Part shown: piece after piece, positions 9,264 to 17,383 of the stretch
How positions within the stretch are numbered: the stretch's first letter is position 1
Layout of the letters: every line of letters starts with the position of its first letter
From: a bacterium
Lineage (GTDB): Bacteria; Patescibacteriota; Minisyncoccia; Sungbacterales; HO2-52-23
Assembly: GCA_030697525.1 (NCBI GenBank)
Contig: JAUYPW010000026.1
Location: forward strand, 1-42,883
DNA length: 42,883 bases
Reading direction: 5' to 3'
The notes under the pieces: model-generated
The model's database searches: none
The model's input: only the letters and a program-made list of their open reading frames with translations
What the model was told of the DNA's origin: nothing
Position numbers and translations under genes: made by a program

Positions 9264-10637
9264 TTATCTTCCTCCTCTTTGAATGATAGAGAAAAAAGTT
9301 CGCAGGATTATAAGCAGATCAAGTATGAATGATCTGTTTTTTACATAATAAAGATCATACTGCATTTTTTCTGGCGCATCTTTGGCGGCGGCATCATCTT
9401 CCATGTGTATTTGCGCCCAGCCAGTAAGCCCCGGTTTCATTAAAAGCCTCATTTCATAAAATGGAATTTCTTTTTTCAGCTCCTCCACAAATTCCGGTCT
9501 CTCCGGTCGTGGTCCGACAAAAGACATCTCTCCTTTAAATATGTTTATTATCTGGGGCAATTCGTCCAGATAACTTCTTCGCAAAAAGAGACCAATTTTA
9601 GTGTATATATGATCACCTTCTTTTTCCCAGCCATCTTGTTTGCCTACTTCGGTTCGGAAGGTCGAACGATACTTCAAGATTTCAAAAACTTTTCCGTTTT
9701 TGCCGACTCTTTTCTGACGGAAAAATATAGGTCCTCCATAACATGTTTTTATGGCCATGGCTATGAAAGGAAATAAAAGAAGAGCTGGTATGGAAGCAAT
9801 GAAAGCTATAATCAAATCGGCTAGTCTCTTGGATATTTCCCAGAAAGGCTTCTTAACCCCAACCAGATTTTCTAGGAACCAGAACTCTCCAATTACTGAT
9901 ACGGGCACTTTTCCGACCAAGGCCTCATAGAAAGAACCAAATTCAACCATCTTCAATCCCAAAGGCAGCATCTGGAAGAGGATTTTTATAGTCTCTTTGT
10001 TTTCTTGAATATCTGGGGAGATAACAATTACTTCGGCTTGGGTTTTTTCTACGGCTAACCGAAAATCATCCGTCAATTTATATCTAGAAATTCCGGATAT
10101 GTTCAAGTCGTCCTCCTTATTATCTATAAAAGCTACCGGCCGTTGTCCCAGTTGGGGGTTTTTCAGAAGATATTCGGCCAGCTCTTCAGCTTCTTTGTTT
10201 GTTCCCAAAAATATTATCCGGCTTGGCGATGTACGAATTATTAGAGTATTGAAAATATACCTCCAGAGAAATATAAGGACAGTGGAAAAGACTGCAATGT
10301 TCAGAAGGTTTCTTCTCGGCTCAATTTTCAAAGGCGGAAGAAGGTAGAAAACCAGAATGGCCAATACCACGCCCACGGCAACAGCCTTAAGAAGTCGATA
10401 GATAAAAATACGACTATTTTTTAAAAGCCTCGGCTCATACAGGCCAAAGGAATAAAATATAATTATCCAAAAGGCGAAAATCAAAGCAAAAGGAATAAAA
10501 TGTCTTTCAATCAACAGATTATAGTTCTGTGTCTCGGAGTATCTTAGAAAGAGCACTAGTCGCAGAGAAGTATATAAAAGAAGCCAATCACCTATGGCCA
10601 GCAAAAGAGCTTTAAAAAAATTTTTTCTTTTAAACAT
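9264..10637 (-). CDS. Polyprenyl-phosphate hexose-1-phosphate transferase (WbaP/bacterial sugar transferase family)
   Basis: C-terminal DELPQIINIFKGEMSFVGPRPERPEF signature of PF02397. N-terminal TM helices. Confidence 0.8.
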   Translation of the reverse strand: MFKRKNFFKALLLAIGDWLLLYTSLRLVLFLRYSETQNYNLLIERHFIPFALIFAFWIIIFYSFGLYEPRLLKNSRIFIYRLLKAVAVGVVLAILVFYLLPPLKIEPRRNLLNIAVFSTVLIFLWRYIFNTLIIRTSPSRIIFLGTNKEAEELAEYLLKNPQLGQRPVAFIDNKEDDLNISGISRYKLTDDFRLAVEKTQAEVIVISPDIQENKETIKILFQMLPLGLKMVEFGSFYEALVGKVPVSVIGEFWFLENLVGVKKPFWEISKRLADLIIAFIASIPALLLFPFIAMAIKTCYGGPIFFRQKRVGKNGKVFEILKYRSTFRTEVGKQDGWEKEGDHIYTKIGLFLRRSYLDELPQIINIFKGEMSFVGPRPERPEFVEELKKEIPFYEMRLLMKPGLTGWAQIHMEDDAAAKDAPEKMQYDLYYVKNRSFILDLLIILRTFFSIIQRGGR

Positions 10638-11817
10638 TTTTGTATAAAGAAATTGTTGCAGTAAGCATGTTCCGAAGATTAAACCCCCTTTCTATTTTTA
10701 ATTTTGCTTTGGAACCCAGTTCCTTTCGCAAAATGGGACTGGCGGCAAGTTCGTCTATACTTTTTGCCAGTTCCCTAGAATTTTTAGTGGATACCAGCAG
10801 GCCGTTTTCATTGTGGGTTATGAGGTCGGGTATCCCTCCGACCCGGCTGGCCACAACCGGAAGCTCGGCGGCCATGGCATCTATTATAGTATATGGTAGC
10901 CCCTCCTTTAGGGAAGGCAGGGCGAAAATATCAAAGGCTTTTAGATATTGGTTGGCATCTCGCATGAAGCCGGTCAGAAAAACGTCTTTTTGCAGGCCGA
11001 GGTTTTTTATTTGGTCTTGCAGTTTGTTAAGGTCTTCCCCCTCGCCAATAATAATAAGTTTCAAGTTTAAATATTGAAAAGCATCAATTAAATATGCCAG
11101 TCCTTTATTTTTATTTAGTTCCGCAATTACTCCCACCAGCAGAGTATCTTTGCTGATCTTGGCTCCAGTTTTTTCGGTTAGAAAAGCGCGGGCCTTCTCT
11201 CTGGGTATGAAATTAATAATATCTATGCCGTTATAAATCAGAGATAATTTTCCAGAGGGTATAAATTTCTTAGCCGAAGCTAAGTCAGCTTTGTTTATGA
11301 CAATTATCTTACTTTGAAATAGGGAAGAAAACCAACTTACCAGCCACAAATAAAATATGCTTAAGAAATTTCTATCTTCTTTGAAGGCCCAGCCGTGGAC
11401 GGTATAAACAGTTAAAAGTTTAAAGTTAAAAGCCTGCCCCGTACTGAAACCGAAGGTTTCTAGTACTGGGGTTACAAGTTTGTATAAAAAAGCTGCCAAA
11501 GAACCCAGGACGCCAGCCTTGGAACTGTTGAGGTGTATAATGTCAGGCCTCTCTTGCCGGAAAATTTTCAGTAACTGGAAGAAAGCAGAAATCTCTTTAA
11601 AAAAATTTATATCCCGCTGGAAAGCCGGAATGTTTAAAACTCTTATATTTTTCTCGCGCAACCTCTCGGCTAAAAGTCCATTTCCTCCAAGGGCTACGGT
11701 TACCTCAAATTGGTCTTGCGGCAAATTGGTCACCAAATCATAAACATATTTCTGTGCGCCACCCCAACCGGATTTGGTGATAACAATCAATATTTTCTTA
11801 GTCTTCATAATAGTCAT
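10630..11817 (-). CDS. Family 4 glycosyltransferase (GT-B)
   Basis: EGLPYTIIDAMAAELPVVASRVGGIPDLI matches the GT4 E-x7-E region. Confidence 0.75.
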   Translation of the reverse strand: MTIMKTKKILIVITKSGWGGAQKYVYDLVTNLPQDQFEVTVALGGNGLLAERLREKNIRVLNIPAFQRDINFFKEISAFFQLLKIFRQERPDIIHLNSSKAGVLGSLAAFLYKLVTPVLETFGFSTGQAFNFKLLTVYTVHGWAFKEDRNFLSIFYLWLVSWFSSLFQSKIIVINKADLASAKKFIPSGKLSLIYNGIDIINFIPREKARAFLTEKTGAKISKDTLLVGVIAELNKNKGLAYLIDAFQYLNLKLIIIGEGEDLNKLQDQIKNLGLQKDVFLTGFMRDANQYLKAFDIFALPSLKEGLPYTIIDAMAAELPVVASRVGGIPDLITHNENGLLVSTKNSRELAKSIDELAASPILRKELGSKAKLKIERGFNLRNMLTATISLYKNV

Positions 11818-11874
11818 ATTCCTAATATAACCATAAACAAAGCCATAAAGTAGCCTTGTGTATAAGTTTGTCTT

Positions 11875-11902
11875 TGACTTTTGAGTCTATATCTGATATA
11901 CT
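11875..11902 (+). promoter_or_regulatory. Sigma70-like promoter (TTGACT-16-TATACT) in the GT4/murB divergent intergenic region
   Basis: Near-consensus hexamers. It drives a short hairpin-rich transcript or a long murB leader. Confidence 0.45.
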
Positions 11903-11954
11903 GATTTTAGTGAGTGTTTTCGGGATTATTCCCGAACCTCTGATTTGTCCGGTG

Positions 11955-11995
11955 CAAAGCCCTCTTTCGAGGGTTTTGTGCTTTTTTGTTTTGGG
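11955..11995 (+). terminator. Intrinsic terminator/attenuator-like hairpin + U-run downstream of the promoter above
   Basis: caaagccctc-tttc-gagggttttg (9/10 bp) followed by TGCTTTTTTGTTTT. Confidence 0.45.
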
Positions 11996-12168
11996 TGCGG
12001 TTTTCTCGGGCATACCCGCTTTTTATGATTTTTTAAATAAAAAAGCCCCCGGGGGACCACGGGGGTTATACTCCTTTATTTGTCCTTAAGTGAGTGCCTG
12101 CCCGTGATCCCCAAGAGGCTCTATATATAGATTATTGCAAATCACTACAATTATGCAATAGTAATTAT

Positions 12169-13158
12169 ATGCTAGTTGAGATAAAAGAAAATATACCGAT
12201 TGCCCCATACACGGTGTATAAAATAGGCGGACCAGCCATTTTTTTTGTTGAGATAAAAAATTCGGAAGAACTTAAAGAAGCATTAAATTTTGCGGTAGAT
12301 AAGAATCTGCCGTTTTTTATTTTGGGCGCGGGATCAAATGTCCTAATTTCTGACCAAGGCTTTAATGGGTTGGTTATAAAAATATCGGGTGGAAATATTA
12401 AAGTTGATGGAGAAAGTCTCATGATCGATTCCGGAGTTATGATGGCAAGGGCCGTGGCAGAATCGGCCAAAGCGGGGCTTACTGGATTTGAGTGGGGGAT
12501 AGGGGTGCCGGGCACAGTCGGGGGGTCGGTGCGGGGGAATGCGGGGTGTTTTGGTAACGAGATGAGTCAAATACTTGAGCACACTCAAGTATTTGAAGTT
12601 AAAAGTGAAAAGTTAAAAGTGAAAAATTTAGGTAAAAATTCTGCTGGCAGAATTTTTGGATTAAGTAATAAAGAGTGTAAATTTAATTACAGGGATTCCG
12701 TTTTCAAGAAACACCCTGAATGGGTTATACTCTCAGCCACGTTAAAATTACAAAAAGGCGATCCCAAAGAAATCCAAGAAAAAATTAAAAAGTTCACAGC
12801 CGATAGAAGTGAGAAACAGGACATCGGAACAAAATCTTGCGGGTGTATTTTTAAAAATATAAAGTGGAGCGACACGAACAAAGCCGAGATACTGGAAAAG
12901 TTCTCCTTTTTGGAACAATTCAAAGATAGGCCGACAATCCCGGCTTCTTTTCTGATTGATCAAATCGGATTAAAAAACTTGAGAAAAGGCAAGATATTTA
13001 TCTCGCCCAAACATGCCAATTTTTTTGTGAATGAAGGAGGAGGAACGGCTGCAGAAGTAAAAATTCTAATAGAGACAGTAAAAGAAAAAATAAAAAATCA
13101 TTTTGGGCTGACACTTGAAGAAGAAATTCAGTATCTCGGAGACCATGATCCGCACTAG
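12169..13158 (+). CDS. murB: UDP-N-acetylenolpyruvoylglucosamine reductase
   Basis: FAD-binding FFILGAGSNVLIS, GVPGTVGGSVRGNAGCFG. The start at ATG 12169 (MLVEIKENI) is preferred over the upstream ATG 12094, which lies in AT-rich non-coding sequence. The last 7 codons lie inside a 26-bp inverted repeat. Confidence 0.8.
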   Translation: MLVEIKENIPIAPYTVYKIGGPAIFFVEIKNSEELKEALNFAVDKNLPFFILGAGSNVLISDQGFNGLVIKISGGNIKVDGESLMIDSGVMMARAVAESAKAGLTGFEWGIGVPGTVGGSVRGNAGCFGNEMSQILEHTQVFEVKSEKLKVKNLGKNSAGRIFGLSNKECKFNYRDSVFKKHPEWVILSATLKLQKGDPKEIQEKIKKFTADRSEKQDIGTKSCGCIFKNIKWSDTNKAEILEKFSFLEQFKDRPTIPASFLIDQIGLKNLRKGKIFISPKHANFFVNEGGGTAAEVKILIETVKEKIKNHFGLTLEEEIQYLGDHDPH

Positions 13159-13406
13159 TATCAGCTTTAGAAGCTAAAAAATGAGATGATTTCGCGGCAC
13201 GACGACGAAGGTGTGTGTTTACACACACCGAGGAGGAGTAACAAAGAAATCAACCATTTTTTAGCTTCCCCAGAGTGCGGGACAATTTTGACTATCTTCG
13301 GCGTTTCTTGTCGCTTGTGTATCTAAAGATACACTTCGCTCCTCGAGCCTTGAATATAGTCAAAATTGTCTCCGCTAAATTGATACTAGTGCGGATCATG
13401 GTCTCC
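13138..13406. repeat. Perfect 26-bp inverted repeat pair (13138-13163 / 13381-13406) bracketing a 217-bp multi-hairpin segment; MITE-like or structured RNA
   Basis: GGAGACCATGATCCGCACTAGTATCA and its exact reverse complement. Internal nested stems: gtgtgtg/cacacac, a 16-bp stem ggacaattttgactat/atagtcaaaattgtcc, and gtgtatc/gatacac. A U-run follows the 3' arm. Confidence 0.7.
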
Positions 13407-13454
13407 TAGGTTTTTAGATTTGTAATACGTTAAAAGTTTTGTTAATATTTATTC

Positions 13455-13823
13455 ATGCGCGTGGTGATTCATAAAAAAAATTTAGAAATTACTCCGTCTT
13501 TGCAGGATTTTATTGAAACCAAACTAATTAAACCAGTTGAAAAAGTTTTAAAAAATATTTCGGGTAAAGAATTACCTCTCTTGGAAATTGAAATCGGCCG
13601 CAACACCAAGCATCACTTGAAAGGTAAGGTTTATCATGTGGAAGCCAATTTAAGCATAGGAGGAATTTTTCTGCGCGCAGAAATAGACGAAGATGATGCT
13701 CACAAGGCTTGCGATATGCTGAAAGATGAACTGCTTAGGGAAATAGTAAAATTTAAAAGCAAAAGACTGGATGTCTACAAAAAAGAGGCCCGAAAGGCCA
13801 AAGAAAATTTGTATCTATCTTAA
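13455..13823 (+). CDS. hpf: Ribosome hibernation-promoting factor / ribosome-associated inhibitor (short HPF/RaiA)
   Basis: 122 aa. N-terminal MRVVIHKKNLEITPSLQDFIETKL and the overall pattern match the S30AE/sigma-54 modulation protein family. Confidence 0.7.
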   Translation: MRVVIHKKNLEITPSLQDFIETKLIKPVEKVLKNISGKELPLLEIEIGRNTKHHLKGKVYHVEANLSIGGIFLRAEIDEDDAHKACDMLKDELLREIVKFKSKRLDVYKKEARKAKENLYLS

Positions 13824-13871
13824 ATCGGTACAGCAGAAACTGGAATCCCAATAAACCTTAAAACCAACATC

Positions 13872-14414
13872 ATGGTCCCAAGAAAAATATTTTTTACCAA
13901 AGGAGCTGGACGACACAAAGATGAATTGGCGTCTTTTGAGTTGGCTCTTCGAGATGCTGGAATTGAAAAATTAAATCTGGTGTCTGTGTCTTCCATATTT
14001 CCGCCGGGGTGTAAAATAATTACTAAAACGCAGGGAATGAAAGAATTAAAACCTGGCCAGATTGTCTTTTGTGTCATGTATCAAAATAGGTGTAACGAAC
14101 CCAATCGTCTGATGGCAGCTTCAGTAGGACTTGCTCTGCCTAGCGACAAAAATCAATACGGATATTTGTCTGAACACAAATCTTTTGGGGAGACAGAAGA
14201 GAAGGCGGGCGAGTATGCCGAAGATTTAGCGGCCACGATGCTCGCTACAACGCTGGGCATAGAATTTGACCCGGCTATAGCTTGGGACGAAAGAAAGCAT
14301 ATTTATAAAGCCAGCGGTAAAATAATCCGCACGACCAATGTTACCCAATCATCTATTGGCCACAAAGACGGTCTTTGGATGACTGTTTTGGCCGCGGCGG
14401 TATTTGTGCCTTAA
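13872..14414 (+). CDS. pdaD: Pyruvoyl-dependent arginine decarboxylase (archaeal PdaD type)
   Basis: [11 protein letters not shown]...[17 protein letters not shown] is closely similar to PdaD, with the Ser-Ser self-cleavage site. Confidence 0.8.
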   Translation: MVPRKIFFTKGAGRHKDELASFELALRDAGIEKLNLVSVSSIFPPGCKIITKTQGMKELKPGQIVFCVMYQNRCNEPNRLMAASVGLALPSDKNQYGYLSEHKSFGETEEKAGEYAEDLAATMLATTLGIEFDPAIAWDERKHIYKASGKIIRTTNVTQSSIGHKDGLWMTVLAAAVFVP

Positions 14415-14436
14415 ATAATAATAATTTTAAAAAAAT

Positions 14437-15585
14437 ATGAAGTACGATTTTGTGGTAATTGGCGCCAACGGCATACAGGGACGCATAGTATCGCGGGGTT
14501 TGCTTGAGGACGGGCATTCGGTACTACTCTGCGCGATAGATGATTACAAAATGGAAAAAATAATTGATCATCCCAAAGCGGATTTTGCTCTGATAGACCT
14601 GCGTAAAATGGAGAGAGTGAAGAGGGTGGTAAAAAAGGCCGCGGCTCCCATTGTAGTGAACTGCGCGGTGGATGATTATAATTTAAATGTTACTAAGATG
14701 GCTTTGGAGCTTGGCATGCATTATATAGATTTGGGTTCCGAAGAGCAGATGTTTTATGAGCAATTAAGTTTGGATAAGGAATTTAAAGAAAAAGGATTGA
14801 CTGGCGTGACGGGCATAGGTTCTACCCCGGGTATTACCAACGTGATGCTTCGTCATATAAAACCGGAGTTTGATACTATTCATACGGTTCATGTCGGGTT
14901 TGCGTGGGATTCCAATATGCAAGTTTTTGTCACGCCATTTTCTATTGACGCTATTGCCTATGAATTTTCTGAACCGGCCAAGCTTCTGGAAAACGGCGAA
15001 TATGTCTTGCGTTATCCGGATGAGGCTAATGTGGACTATTATTACAAATCCATTGGCAAACAGAAGACCAGATACACTAAACACATTGAGCATCACTCCT
15101 ATTACGAATATCTAAAAGACGTGGGCATAAAAAATATTGCTGTTTTTTCCAGCTTTCCTCCGCATTCCTATGTCGCTTTAAAAAGTTTAGTAGATTTGGG
15201 TTTTACCACCAAAGAGCCGGTGCAGGTGGACAGCGCGTCTATCAAGCCGCTTGATTTTACTATTGAGGCCATGAGAAAAATACCAGTGCCGGAAGGATAC
15301 ACCGAAAAAGAAAACTTGTTTTTGAAAGTAATTGGCACCAAAAATGGGAAAAATAAAACCATAGAAATGGATTGTGTGGCCCACACCCAAGAGGGTTGGG
15401 AAGAACACACCTGCAATGTGGACACCGGTTTTCCAGCAGTGATTTTGGCGGAAATGATTATGGATGGCCGCATCCCCGAGCGGGGCATGTTTTCTCCGGA
15501 AGACATTGTTCCACCAGAACCGTTTTTTCAAGAACTCGCCAAAAGAAAACTTTCGGTGTATAAGGATGGGGAGAAGATAAATTAA
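14437..15585 (+). CDS. Saccharopine dehydrogenase-family NAD(P) oxidoreductase (carboxy(nor)spermidine dehydrogenase-like)
   Basis: N-terminal VVIGANGIQG Rossmann of the saccharopine-DH family. Adjacency to pdaD suggests polyamine synthesis. Confidence 0.55.
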   Translation: MKYDFVVIGANGIQGRIVSRGLLEDGHSVLLCAIDDYKMEKIIDHPKADFALIDLRKMERVKRVVKKAAAPIVVNCAVDDYNLNVTKMALELGMHYIDLGSEEQMFYEQLSLDKEFKEKGLTGVTGIGSTPGITNVMLRHIKPEFDTIHTVHVGFAWDSNMQVFVTPFSIDAIAYEFSEPAKLLENGEYVLRYPDEANVDYYYKSIGKQKTRYTKHIEHHSYYEYLKDVGIKNIAVFSSFPPHSYVALKSLVDLGFTTKEPVQVDSASIKPLDFTIEAMRKIPVPEGYTEKENLFLKVIGTKNGKNKTIEMDCVAHTQEGWEEHTCNVDTGFPAVILAEMIMDGRIPERGMFSPEDIVPPEPFFQELAKRKLSVYKDGEKIN

Positions 15586-15651
15586 TATGATATTCTAATG
15601 CTTTATTTATACCTATTTTTAGGAGGTAGGATTGGGATATAATATTTATCT

Positions 15652-17247
15652 ATGCCGTTTCAAGAAAATTTTTCCCCCAAAAAAGAAATTGAAGGACCAT
15701 ATTTAAGTGACCAGCAAAAACAGGAGCTCGTTCCCGAATATCTTAAACCTTTTCTTAAATGGGTCCGGGAGCATCCAGAATCAGCGAATTTGCCTCTGGT
15801 TGAATCAGGATTTATTGCTGAGGGTACCATTCACCCCGACTTTGAGCAGTTGCACTTACTAAAAAAAAGGATCGCGGAAGAAAATGAACGTCGGCACAAA
15901 CGACAAGAGCATCCGATTTCTTTTGTTGGCATTCATGCCTCTCCCCGTAGGGATGAGGGATCATATCAATTATTGGATAAAGTTCTTGATACACCGGAAC
16001 GCCTAGGTGTGAAGAAGAAACTTCTTACTTTTTATGATGAAGAAGGTGTCTTTCGCCCAGAAAATATTCAAGAGACAGTAGAGGCTATACGGAGGGCTGA
16101 TGGCTTTATGATTACGACGCATACGCGGCGAGGTATTCTTAATTCTTATATTACAGCATTACTTGAGGCACTGGAAAATGAGAATCTTGCGGGAAAGGTT
16201 GTTTCTTTTTCCCATACTTTTTCAAAACCAGAGAAAGATAGCCAGATTGTTCCGCTTCAGCTTTTGCGGCGTTTCTTTGAAGAAAAAGGATGTATCATCT
16301 TGCCGTATTCTTCAATGTATGCACACGAAGGAGAGGCAAATGAACCATGGCTTGTGCGAGACATTGAACGCAATGGAGTAAATTTTATTCAGGCAATTGA
16401 TCGGCTTGGGAGATCGCAGTTACCAGATTTACTTACTGATCCTGCGCAATTGCAGGTACGAAAGAGGGAGGGTGAGACAGAACCTGCGTGGGAAAATTTA
16501 CAGGGGAGGGTAAAGTTTATAAATAAAGAACGTGCAGAACGAAACGAACGACCGCTTAATGTGCTTTTTGTGCTTGGGGGAGAGAACCCCAAGGGATATT
16601 CTGCACGTGCAACCCGCGTACTTGAAAAAAATTTTCAATTCCTTGGGCTCGAGACGGATACTATTAATCTTGCTGAAGAAGATGAAAAAATCAAATTCAC
16701 ATCTGGCAATCCGGAAGTGACTCTAGAGGAAGCAATGCCGCAATTACGCGGCGAGCAAGAGACAGCAGAGGATGTAGCAATGCAGGATGCATATATAAAA
16801 TTGTTGGGTGCAGATGTAGTAATTTTTACCACTCCCGTTCGATGGTTTGGAGTATCTGCACGGCTTCAGAAATTCATTGAGCGTACAACACCACTTGAGG
16901 TCTCCGGTTTTTTGCTTGCAGGCAAAGCCTTTGGGAGTTTAATTACTTTTAGTGAATCAGGAGCTACAGAAGCAGAGGCGCGTCTACAAACCTTTGCAGA
17001 TAATAATGGAATGATGAATATTCCTCTTGGTGGTCTTAAACTCCGATTGGGGAGTAGCCCCGAAGGCAAAAAAAATCCTAAAAATAAAAATTTCTTGGCT
17101 ACGCCTCGTTACAAGTCAATACGCCAAATGGCGGCAATGGGTACCGCGTTAATCACAGAATTTCTTGTGGCCGACGGCGTAAAAGTCAGTCATCTTTCGT
17201 TTGATCATTTGAACCCACTGCTTTCAATTGTAAGCCCTGAAGATTAG
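15652..17247 (+). CDS. Hypothetical protein with two flavodoxin-fold (NADPH-dependent FMN reductase-like) domains
   Basis: Two segments, each with the pattern ...ADG/ADV-(I/V)-(I/M)-xTxxxxG-xSARLxxFIER... Confidence 0.4.
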   Translation: MPFQENFSPKKEIEGPYLSDQQKQELVPEYLKPFLKWVREHPESANLPLVESGFIAEGTIHPDFEQLHLLKKRIAEENERRHKRQEHPISFVGIHASPRRDEGSYQLLDKVLDTPERLGVKKKLLTFYDEEGVFRPENIQETVEAIRRADGFMITTHTRRGILNSYITALLEALENENLAGKVVSFSHTFSKPEKDSQIVPLQLLRRFFEEKGCIILPYSSMYAHEGEANEPWLVRDIERNGVNFIQAIDRLGRSQLPDLLTDPAQLQVRKREGETEPAWENLQGRVKFINKERAERNERPLNVLFVLGGENPKGYSARATRVLEKNFQFLGLETDTINLAEEDEKIKFTSGNPEVTLEEAMPQLRGEQETAEDVAMQDAYIKLLGADVVIFTTPVRWFGVSARLQKFIERTTPLEVSGFLLAGKAFGSLITFSESGATEAEARLQTFADNNGMMNIPLGGLKLRLGSSPEGKKNPKNKNFLATPRYKSIRQMAAMGTALITEFLVADGVKVSHLSFDHLNPLLSIVSPED

Positions 17248-17308
17248 TAGTTGGAAGCAACATCTTCTGCAGTTCTACTTTTGTACCAGACAGATTTTTA
17301 TATAATTA

Positions 17309-17337
17309 CAAAAGGACGTGTGAACCACGTCCTTTTG
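17309..17337 (+). terminator. Terminator hairpin after the flavodoxin-like gene
   Basis: caaaaggacgtg-tgaac-cacgtccttttg, a perfect 12-bp stem. Confidence 0.55.
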
Positions 17338-17383
17338 TATTTGGAAAAAAGCGCTATTTCTGCTATCATGTCCAGACACCAAT

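Noticed and set aside
11856-12089. 77-aa ORF in the GT4/murB intergenic region
   Set aside because: Hydrophobic low-complexity translation. The region is better explained by a promoter, two hairpins, a U-run and a repeat copy.
12094-12168. Upstream ATG extension of murB (MPARDPQEALYIDYCKSLQLCNSNY)
   Set aside because: The extension lies in AT-rich, palindrome-containing non-coding sequence. The MurB family N-terminus begins at MLVEIKENIP (12169).
12586-12660. Direct repeat aagttaaaagtgaaaagttaaaagtgaaaaa and 10-bp palindrome aaaattctgc/gcagaatttt inside murB
   Set aside because: It encodes a lineage-specific Lys-rich loop insertion (EVKSEKLKVKNLGKNSAGRIF). It is in-frame and not flanked by element features, so it was treated as low-complexity coding sequence.
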